A stretch of DNA of 64,000 nucleotides, from positions 480,001 to 544,000 of the forward strand of contig JBMNLZ010000003.1 in the NCBI GenBank assembly GCA_050953065.1. The letters are read 5' to 3'. The notes beneath the pieces are model-generated. The model had not been told where the DNA came from and did not search any database. It worked only from the letters and a program-made list of their open reading frames with translations. Made by a program: the position numbers and the translations under genes. Source of the DNA: Bacilli bacterium (GTDB taxonomy: Bacteria; Bacillota_I; Bacilli_A; ML615J-28; CAG-698). Below are positions 11,501-18,390 of the stretch, piece after piece. The number at the start of each line of letters is the position of its first letter. The stretch's first letter is position 1.

Positions 11501-11633
11501 AAATTTCACCCACCTCAACTGTAACTGTTGTTTCAGTAATTGAAAGCTCAACACGTTTGTTAGTCGTTTGCTTACAACCTACTAAAAAAACACCCATTAA
11601 AAATAAAAATAAAACAATTCCAAATTTTCTCAT
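8520..11633 (-). CDS. Ig-like (Big_2) repeat lipoprotein with C-terminal phosphodiester glycosidase (NAGPA) domain
   Basis: FLVGC lipobox, repeated WSSN..ATVD.NGKVTAVA.G, and NAGPA motifs AINADFF, RHPRTLIG and AYNLDGGGSTTM. Confidence 0.9.
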   Translation of the reverse strand: MRKFGIVLFLFLMGVFLVGCKQTTNKRVELSITETTVTVEVGEIYQIKPKLLNAAGGEVIVFTSSNVNIFTVENGFISGVAVGEAELTVSIKATDISIKIPVTVTEATDNPNPVLTSITVSPNEVEFGLNGEVILAVSGNIAVTNDLFNFSSSNQNIVSAYATGKIKAIGPGTATITVTYKQNPSIKATVEVTVISSLETLNSITATLANSELDVNATATITVVGNIAVTNNLFYFTSSNTSVATVDANGKVTAVAEGSATITVTYKENASITATVSVTVRAAVATPTITLSETSIIVEEGKTATLIATITNLENQAVTWSSNAEAKATVDANGKVTAVASGSAVITATSVANTSLKATCNVTVIENPTAPKVVVHPASITIVAGQIVTLEKLTRNLTDTSLTWNSSASNYATVDQTGKVTGVAAGSATVTATSVENTNVSASTTVTVVADTTTKGIILRPSSTTMIEVNDSGHQFYVDKAGGGIVSRLECTFTTSNSNVATVSSYGTISAKGVGFAIITATHPTHGSGMTVLNIIEPMAIPGVLNVAASPNGFMKLGTSNTYQFNITNYQSTAISNSECSFTCNPAGIINVSSSGVISALAVGYTTVTVTHPTQGSGTMIMTVEGDGGAPLATQSSWVPSQTVAVHNLGYGVHVAKYLGQTKDPGSSTMHNQEVSVMHVDNSQQAKMIVWRAKPNNWGWQLATVPVLAADYESKNPTMKVIAAINADFFDINAYGNLPYQTTGATVCEGENYKTTVGNTTAYKTIGFTNDGTTNAIIAGTPVRALSLSVYNSSGVVTNTFTVNKSNQTPGAGEVSVYFALWNSDKQIVPVNLDGGSANVYTVGNGDLVLANSADDFYGKGAISSTAKTTTLGRGQFSIVSNNETVNAALASGTTIRVQYSYTGEFANIKNATGGTRGFILNNAIVDPAECIASRSDLGQRHPRTLIGQKADGTVVMVTVGGRAEPDRYGVGVEAMQAIMAYYYCVDAYNLDGGGSTTMIVRTGTTYGSTSAFKTVNTIAGGAMRSDGNAILVVTPR

Positions 11634-11663
11634 ACGTTTCTCCTTTTAAATTATTAATCTATA

Positions 11664-12167
11664 TTAATCTATTAAAGTAATAGATTTAATTATCAAATCT
11701 TCTTTTGGAAAATCTTTCAATCGCCAACCATCATTTTCTGTATAAGTTGATGTATAACTTAATGCTAAAACTACTTCTAAACTTTCCTGATCAACTACTT
11801 TTCCAAATGCTGCATAATTACCATCTAAAAATGTTGAATCAGCCGAAACAATAAAAAATTGAGTTGAAGCAGAATTATAATCACCTTCGGCTCTTGCCAT
11901 TGAAATAACTCCTGCTTTATGTGATAGATTATTCTCTATTCCATTTTTAGAAAACTCTCCAGTTATATTTTCTCTATCTTCTTTTGATTGAAGATGATGT
12001 TGATCATCAACATAAAGCCAGCCTGCTTGAATCACAAAATCTTTTATAACTCGATGAAAGATAACATTATCATAATATGATTCTTCAACTAAACTCAAAA
12101 AATTAGCTACTGATATTGGAGCAATATCAGGATATAATTCAATCCTTATTTCTCTTAAATCTTCCAT
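11664..12167 (-). CDS. Cyclophilin-type peptidyl-prolyl isomerase (C-terminal part of an in-frame split gene)
   Basis: APISVANF, FHRVIKDFVIQAG, GVISMAR, SASTQFFI and LDGNYAAFGKVV motifs. Confidence 0.9.
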   Translation of the reverse strand: MEDLREIRIELYPDIAPISVANFLSLVEESYYDNVIFHRVIKDFVIQAGWLYVDDQHHLQSKEDRENITGEFSKNGIENNLSHKAGVISMARAEGDYNSASTQFFIVSADSTFLDGNYAAFGKVVDQESLEVVLALSYTSTYTENDGWRLKDFPKEDLIIKSITLID

Positions 12168-12173
12168 CGTAAT

Positions 12174-12458
12174 TCATTTAGCAAAAAGAGTAATGTTTGT
12201 ATCTAACATAGTTTTATCAAACTCTTCAATTGGTTGTTCATATCGACCATTATCTAAAAACCAGCCCGAAAAGACATATCCTTCTTTTGTTGGAGTTGGT
12301 AATTCCTCTGGAAAACTCCCAAGTTCAAAAGTAATATTCTTTAATTCATCTCCGCCATTAGTATCAAAAACAATTTTTTTCATGCTAACAGAATCTCCTT
12401 TACAAGAAGATAGGATAAATAAAAAAATTATTAATAAAACAATATTAAACTTTTTCAT
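12174..12458 (-). CDS. Lipoprotein signal plus InlB B-repeat domain (N-terminal part of the split PPIase gene)
   Basis: LSSC lipobox and FDTNGG..LPTPTKEGYVFSGW..ITLFAK(W). Ends at a TGA in frame with the PPIase. Confidence 0.8.
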   Translation of the reverse strand: MKKFNIVLLIIFLFILSSCKGDSVSMKKIVFDTNGGDELKNITFELGSFPEELPTPTKEGYVFSGWFLDNGRYEQPIEEFDKTMLDTNITLFAK

Positions 12459-12604
12459 TTTTCTTGCCTCTTAAACTTAGTTATATTTTATCAGTTTTTC
12501 CTTATTAAAGCAAACCAAAATTAAAACTCAAGTTATTTTTTATATTGCGTTACGATTAATGTGAAATATTTAAGAATTAAAAGTAAACTTAAACTTCTAT
12601 ATAA

Positions 12605-13861
12605 TTAATTTTTTAAACAAGCTATAGGAACAACTAATACTCCATCTTCTCTTTTATAGGCTGCTGGTACAGCAGTTAACACCATTAAGAAGCTCGGCCC
12701 TTTTAATTTTTGATCTATTTTATTTTTTAACTTAATCAAATTATTAGCTGCCTCATCAATTTCAGCACCACCAAGTTTAATTTCGATTGCTCCCCATCTT
12801 CCATCATTTAAATGAATTATTGAATCTACCTCTAAGCCATCAGCATCTTTATATTGATATAATTCTCCACCAATACTTTGAGCATAAACTTTTAAATCCC
12901 TATGACATAGTGATTCAAAGAAAAAACCCATTGTATTTAAATCATTTATTAAATCATATGGTTTAGCGCCTAAAGCAACTGCTGCGATAGAAGGATCTAC
13001 GAATTGCCTTTTATCAGCAGTTCTAATTGTAGTTTTTGATCTTAATTTAGGAGACCAAGCTTTAATGTTTTCTATTACAAACAATTTTTCAAAAGCTCCA
13101 ATATATGATATAAGCGTCTTCATATCTATTGTTGAATCATTTGAAGCAACATCAGATTGTAAGGTTTTGTTTGTAGCAAATGTAGATATATTTCTAGCAT
13201 AAGCTCTAAGAATTGCTTGAGCTCTACTTGGATTTCTTTTAATACCATCTACATCAACAATATCTTCAGTTGTCAGCGATTTAAAATAGGCTGAAACTAA
13301 TGTTTGATAATGCTCTTCTTTTAAAACCGTTTCAGGCCACCCACCTCTACAAATAACAACAGCTATCTCATTAAGTGATAATTTAGATTCTCCAAATATA
13401 GAATCATTCCCATCAAACAAACTACTTAATGATACCTCACCACTAGAATCACCCGATTCCCATAAGCTCATTGTTCTCATAGTAATTTTAGAAATTCTAC
13501 CAGTTCCACTATGACGATTTTGATCTTCAACTGGTTTTGCTGAACCAGTTAAAATATATTGACCTGAAAGTCCCGTTTCATCAATATCGGTTCTAATAAA
13601 ATCCCAAAGATCAGGAATTTTTTGCCATTCATCAAACATAAGAGGTTTATCGCCTTCTAATAAATTTTCTTTGCTAGTTGTAGCATAAGCTAAATATTGT
13701 CTATAAGTTATAGGATTTTGCAATTTAATAATCTTTTTAGCAAATCTTGCTCCCGTTGTAGATTTGCCACACCACTTAGGTCCTTCTATTGCAATACAAC
13801 CTAAAGCATTAAGTTCAGCTTCAATTGTTTTTTCTATTAATCTATTAATATAACGTTTCAC
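12605..13861 (-). CDS. AAA_14 ATPase with DUF4143 (PD-(D/E)XK-like) C-terminal domain
   Basis: GPKWCGKST, FDEWQ, ILTGSA, GFFFESL and EVDSII...AIEIKLG motifs. Confidence 0.9.
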   Translation of the reverse strand: MKRYINRLIEKTIEAELNALGCIAIEGPKWCGKSTTGARFAKKIIKLQNPITYRQYLAYATTSKENLLEGDKPLMFDEWQKIPDLWDFIRTDIDETGLSGQYILTGSAKPVEDQNRHSGTGRISKITMRTMSLWESGDSSGEVSLSSLFDGNDSIFGESKLSLNEIAVVICRGGWPETVLKEEHYQTLVSAYFKSLTTEDIVDVDGIKRNPSRAQAILRAYARNISTFATNKTLQSDVASNDSTIDMKTLISYIGAFEKLFVIENIKAWSPKLRSKTTIRTADKRQFVDPSIAAVALGAKPYDLINDLNTMGFFFESLCHRDLKVYAQSIGGELYQYKDADGLEVDSIIHLNDGRWGAIEIKLGGAEIDEAANNLIKLKNKIDQKLKGPSFLMVLTAVPAAYKREDGVLVVPIACLKN

Positions 13862-13883
13862 AATCCACCTCCACTACACCTTT

Positions 13884-13912
13884 ATAATACCTTTTTTAGA
13901 TTAAAATGTCAA
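13884..13912 (-). promoter_or_regulatory. Sigma-A promoter of the DUF4143 ATPase
   Basis: Minus strand TTGACA-N17-TATTAT, followed by a GGAGG RBS. Confidence 0.65.
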
Positions 13913-13916
13913 TCAA

Positions 13917-13978
13917 ATTCCCAGTTTTGTGGACTTTTCATTCCCAGTTTTGTGGACTTTTCATTCCCAGTTTTGTGG
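13917..13978. repeat. 23-bp tandem direct repeat (2.7 copies) ATTCCCAGTTTTGTGGACTTTTC
   Basis: Units at 13917, 13940 and 13963 (last one partial). Confidence 0.95.
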
Positions 13979-13982
13979 GAAT

Positions 13983-14146
13983 TTATAAAGTTTTAAAATC
14001 TAATCTATATGCCCAAACAATTGTTCCTATTATCAAGATTATTAACATTTAAGTCATCATCAAAAATTAGATTTTAAATAAAGTTAATATAAATAATACT
14101 TTTATAATTCTTTTTCTATTTTCCTTTTTAAGATTTTTATCACCAC
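13983..14146 (-). pseudogene. Composite gene debris: degenerate copy of the LRR-gene 3' end plus a truncated 5' end of a probable AAA_14 ATPase
   Basis: 13983-14041 aligns to 2733-2793. 14146-14102 reads MVIKILKRKIEKEL* behind an AAGGAG RBS. Confidence 0.55.
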
Positions 14147-14166
14147 TATATATGCTCCTTAAAAAT

Positions 14167-14217
14167 ATTTTTCAAGGGACTTTTGGTGCTCTAATGAGAA
14201 TTTTTCAAGGGACTTTT
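14167..14217. repeat. 18-bp direct repeat ATTTTTCAAGGGACTTTT x2 (period 33)
   Basis: Exact copies at 14167-14184 and 14200-14217. Confidence 0.9.
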
Positions 14218-14228
14218 ATAAACAAATT

Positions 14229-14275
14229 AAAACAAACCTTATTTTATGGTTGATTCATAAAGCAAGGTTTGTTTT
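14229..14275 (-). terminator. Terminator-like hairpin after abiEii
   Basis: AAAACAAACCTT...AAGGTTTGTTTT inverted repeat. Confidence 0.6.
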
Positions 14276-14285
14276 TAGAATGTAT

Positions 14286-15230
14286 TTATAAGTTTTGTTT
14301 TTTCCATAAAATCATTGGATGTTTGTTAGCACGATTAATAGTTTCTAAATCTTGAAATAACAATTCAAAACAATATTTTTTATTTTCAACATTTTTTATA
14401 AAAGCAATTTGATTAGAATCAAAATCTAAAAGTTTTTTAAGAAATTTTTTTACTTCATATTTAGCATCATCAAAATCAAATTTATCAGTTTTTTTTAATA
14501 CAGGTAATAACTCTCTAACATAGCTGGCATTGCTTATTTTATCAATAATATCAATATTAAAAACTATTTTTTGATTTATACTAGAAAGTAATAAATAAAA
14601 AAGCAAAACATTTTTTAAAATGTTTATATCATCTTGATTCAAAATTTTATTTTTTATCATCTGATATGTATCATATAAATCCCTGATTTGATTACGCATT
14701 AATAAAGCAGTTATTTTACCTGCGTAAATTTCAATTTTTGATAAAGACAAAATATTTGTTTTTTTATTAAAAATTTCGTTATTTAAACTTAAAGTTTGAT
14801 AATCTAATAGGTAGCTTCTTAGTGAATAATTCACTTCAATTTTTATGTTATCATTTCCACCACCACACGGTCTATAAGAAATAACATGAGAATCTAAACT
14901 ATGAAAGTATCTTGATTTTTCACTAATTTTATAACCTTGCATCTCCAAATATTCTTTTAAATCATCATTGATTTTTTTGCGATCTTTAAACATTTTTTCT
15001 TTATCTATATTTTGTGTATAATCTAAATCAATATCAACAGACAACCGTGGTAAATCATCATATAATATATTAATAGCAGTCCCACCCTTTAAAGCAAGTT
15101 TCCCTTTTAACACTTCGCTTGTATTTATATAATCCAAGATTTCTACCAACCTCAATACTTTTTCGAAAGTATTTCTAACGTATCCATATTTTTTGGATAA
15201 TTCACTTAATATTTTTATATCATAATTCAT
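14286..15230 (-). CDS. abiEii: AbiEii/AbiGii nucleotidyltransferase toxin (type IV TA)
   Basis: LALKGGTAIN, RLSVDIDLD, IKIEVN and KITALLMRNQIRDLYD motifs. Start placed at the ATG at 15230. Confidence 0.9.
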   Translation of the reverse strand: MNYDIKILSELSKKYGYVRNTFEKVLRLVEILDYINTSEVLKGKLALKGGTAINILYDDLPRLSVDIDLDYTQNIDKEKMFKDRKKINDDLKEYLEMQGYKISEKSRYFHSLDSHVISYRPCGGGNDNIKIEVNYSLRSYLLDYQTLSLNNEIFNKKTNILSLSKIEIYAGKITALLMRNQIRDLYDTYQMIKNKILNQDDINILKNVLLFYLLLSSINQKIVFNIDIIDKISNASYVRELLPVLKKTDKFDFDDAKYEVKKFLKKLLDFDSNQIAFIKNVENKKYCFELLFQDLETINRANKHPMILWKKQNL

Positions 15231-15987
15231 TTTTATTTTCTTCCTCTTTTTTATATAAAAGCCATTTAGGTACAATCAATTGAAAAGATGAAATATATTC
15301 TCCTTCTGCTTTTGATTCATCATTTAAATAACGAACACTTTTATTAATGTTAGTTTTTAAAATACTTAAAAAATCTTCTTTTAAATTTAAATAATCTTTT
15401 AAATAAAATAAAATGAATCCTACTTTTTGATAAAGTGATTGAATATTATATTTTTTCAAATACATAAGTAGTTTCTCTTCATTTATTTTTTTCACCATTT
15501 TTATATTATTGATAATTTCTTCTAAAGAAGAAATTTTATCAATATAATGGATAGAATCAATAATTGTTCTTTCGATATCAGTAACTTTAATTTTATAATT
15601 ATATTCAATTTCCTTGACACCAAACTTCTTATTTGTTTTTACACAAATATATTTAATACCTTCAAATTCAAAATCATTAAAATGGATACTTGAAGATACA
15701 TATACAACATTATATACTTGATTAGTAAAACCGTATACTTCAAAAGCTGAATAATGGCTTAAATAAGAATCTTTATTAATGCTTGAAGCTATTTGAAATT
15801 TATTAGCAAATATTTCTTGTGTCATAGGATTAACACATGAATATAGATCATTTCTAATCTTTCTTAATAATCCTTTTTGTATTAGTCTTCTTAAAGCCGA
15901 ATAGGTAGTTGCTTTATTCTTAAAAACAGTATATGCTTCATCAAAATTAAAGATTACTTTTTCAGATAATTCTTTATACCCTATCAT
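15220..15987 (-). CDS. abiEi: AbiEi-family antitoxin / transcriptional regulator
   Basis: N-terminal wHTH (LRRLIQKGLLRKIRNDLY), YLSHYSAFEVYG and VTDIERTIID motifs. Overlaps abiEii. Confidence 0.85.
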   Translation of the reverse strand: MIGYKELSEKVIFNFDEAYTVFKNKATTYSALRRLIQKGLLRKIRNDLYSCVNPMTQEIFANKFQIASSINKDSYLSHYSAFEVYGFTNQVYNVVYVSSSIHFNDFEFEGIKYICVKTNKKFGVKEIEYNYKIKVTDIERTIIDSIHYIDKISSLEEIINNIKMVKKINEEKLLMYLKKYNIQSLYQKVGFILFYLKDYLNLKEDFLSILKTNINKSVRYLNDESKAEGEYISSFQLIVPKWLLYKKEEENKNEL

Positions 15988-16261
15988 TTTGCCACCTCAC
16001 CATCACTTTAATTATAAAACAAAATTATTTAAATAGCAATAATTTTGTTTGTTTTTTAAAGTGCGTGAATCAAACTGTTTTTCCTATTCTTTATATTATA
16101 TTAGCAAGTTTTTTAAGAATTACTCTTTTTTTATCTTTAATTTAAAATAAATTTTCAAACGATTATTTTTTTATCGTTTGAAATTGATAATAATTAATCA
16201 CAGATTTTTTTACAATAAAAAAACTTCTAACGTATTTTAACACATTAGAAGTTTTAAAAAA

Positions 16262-16939
16262 TTACTCTTTTTTATTTTTAGGTCTAATTTTTAATTTAGT
16301 TTTTAGAACTAACCACCATCTTTGTATTTTTTCTTTTCTCTTTAAGGCATTTAGTTTTCTTTGTTTTTTCTTTTCTTCTTTCTTTTCTAATTGTAATTGT
16401 TTAAAAATTTCTTTTTCACTCTTTACTTTAGCTTTATGTTTAACAAGCAAACTACTAGCTATAACTTTTCTAATTTTATTGACCTTTCTTTTTGTAATTT
16501 TCCCTTGAGAATCAGTCACATAAGCACATAGTTTTGAAAGTTTGATTTTACCTAAATTATAATCAGCAATTATTGTTTCAAGTTCAGTTGAAGAAATATT
16601 TAATTTAATTGAATCCCTTGATAATATTATAACTTGTTTTGTAGGATCAAGTTTATTTAGATTTTGATAAGTTTTATAATAATCAATCGTTTGTTCTTTA
16701 TACATAAAACCAAAAGCAACTATTCTTATATCATTAATATTACTATTAAAAATTTGTATAGCAAATTCTTTTGTATTAGTTAATGGCTCATGATCATATG
16801 TTCCATAGATTCTAAATTTTTTATTGTTAAAAAATTTAAAAACTCTAATCAATATAATTAAAGATGTAATTGCTAATACTAAAAATATAATAATGAAAAA
16901 CACAACTATATATTCAAAATTATCTATTATTACTTGCAT
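16262..16939 (-). CDS. Hypothetical membrane-anchored protein with basic coiled-coil tail
   Basis: N-terminal TM helix and Lys-rich C-terminus. Overlaps the upstream HTH gene. Confidence 0.65.
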   Translation of the reverse strand: MQVIIDNFEYIVVFFIIIFLVLAITSLIILIRVFKFFNNKKFRIYGTYDHEPLTNTKEFAIQIFNSNINDIRIVAFGFMYKEQTIDYYKTYQNLNKLDPTKQVIILSRDSIKLNISSTELETIIADYNLGKIKLSKLCAYVTDSQGKITKRKVNKIRKVIASSLLVKHKAKVKSEKEIFKQLQLEKKEEKKKQRKLNALKRKEKIQRWWLVLKTKLKIRPKNKKE

Positions 16940-18239
16940 CTTCTACTCCTTTTGATAATTTATCAATTATCTTATTTACTTTTTTCATTGTATTAGAATT
17001 ATAGTATTCAACTTCAAATAAAGCACCGTTATTAATTAAATACTCAATAATATCTAAATCTTTAGCATCGGTAACTGATAATATATAATTTAAATCATTT
17101 TGATTTAAATTTTTTATTATATATTTTAATAATTCTAGATTGCTTGAAGCAACTGCAGCATATCCTATTTGTTGGAAATCTAGAACTTTTTTATATGTAT
17201 TAATACAATACATATAAGCATCTTTATGTTTTTCAAGAATTAATCTAGCAACTAATTTATTTAAATTTAAATATAACTCTTTATTTAAAGCAATTTTAAA
17301 AATTTCTAAATTGCCTGATGCAGCAATTCTAAATATTACATCTTGAGCAGAAGTTATTCTTAATTCAAGATTATTAATAACATAATCCATGTTATTAATA
17401 TACCAAGCAATTCCATCATAGAATTTATATGTTAGAAAAGTCTTAATAATTAATTCATAATCATTAATAAATTTAAATTTAAAACTAATTGTTTTTAAAA
17501 TTCTTTCCAATTTGTATTTAGCAATTATTTCTAACCATTCTACTTTCAATAAATATGGAATCTTTTTATTTCTTTCAAGACCAAAAAAAAGAGGTACTCT
17601 TTTAATAACTTTAGTTTCATATAACATTAAAACTAAACCTTGATAATTTTCTTTATTTAAAAAGTTAAAGATTTCTTTAGCATACGCTTCATCTGGGAAA
17701 ACAAGCGAATTATAAAGTCTAACATAAGAGTCTAAATATTTCTTTACATTATCAACATTATTCTTTAAAGCATACCATATTATTTTAGTATAAATTGATC
17801 TTGCTTTATGATGAGTCTCTTCTAATAATTTAACATTTGATTCATGTAATAAATTAAATAATTCTAAATTATCATATTCTATCACATATTCAACTAAAGT
17901 ATTACCATAAATATCAGGATTGCTGATACTCATGTTTTTTACTTCTAACCCAGCAAAAGCATCAAGTCCCCTTTTAACTAATTTCTCATATTCAGAAATA
18001 ACAGTCTTACCTTTATCTTCTGAATTATAAATTAATAATTCTTCCATTGAAATATCAAATAACTTTGATATAGCAATAAGATTTTGAATATCAAAAGAAC
18101 TTTTACCATTTAGGTTTTGGGAAACTGCAGATTTAGAAATCGATAATTCTTTTGCTAAATCATCTTGAGTCATATTTCGTTCTTTTAATAATTTCTTAAT
18201 TAATTCTCCTACTTTATTGTTATCAATAACTTCAGGCAT
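16920..18239 (-). CDS. XRE-family HTH protein with ankyrin-like helical repeats
   Basis: MTQDDLAKELSISKSAVSQ HTH, and ankyrin-like DIYGNTLVEY, AASGNLEIFK and LDIIEYLINNGA segments. Confidence 0.75.
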   Translation of the reverse strand: MPEVIDNNKVGELIKKLLKERNMTQDDLAKELSISKSAVSQNLNGKSSFDIQNLIAISKLFDISMEELLIYNSEDKGKTVISEYEKLVKRGLDAFAGLEVKNMSISNPDIYGNTLVEYVIEYDNLELFNLLHESNVKLLEETHHKARSIYTKIIWYALKNNVDNVKKYLDSYVRLYNSLVFPDEAYAKEIFNFLNKENYQGLVLMLYETKVIKRVPLFFGLERNKKIPYLLKVEWLEIIAKYKLERILKTISFKFKFINDYELIIKTFLTYKFYDGIAWYINNMDYVINNLELRITSAQDVIFRIAASGNLEIFKIALNKELYLNLNKLVARLILEKHKDAYMYCINTYKKVLDFQQIGYAAVASSNLELLKYIIKNLNQNDLNYILSVTDAKDLDIIEYLINNGALFEVEYYNSNTMKKVNKIIDKLSKGVEDASNNR

Positions 18240-18356
18240 ATGATTCAGCTCCTCTCACACTAGTATTATATCACTATTTTTTTGAAAATCAAAAACGTTA
18301 TTAATTAACTTTTTATAAACTGATAATTTTTAAAATATTTTATTTATTTAAAAATG

Positions 18357-18389
18357 AAAAATAAGTTAAGACTTACTTAACTTATTTTT
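18357..18389 (-). terminator. Terminator at the trailer end of the CRISPR array
   Basis: AAAAATAAGTTAAG/CTTAACTTATTTTT inverted repeat abutting the degenerate terminal repeat. Confidence 0.7.
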
Positions 18390-18390
18390 T

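Noticed and set aside
13917-13978. Mini-CRISPR interpretation of the 23-bp repeats (also 56272-56340)
   Set aside because: The units are contiguous with no unique spacers and are unrelated to the array repeat.
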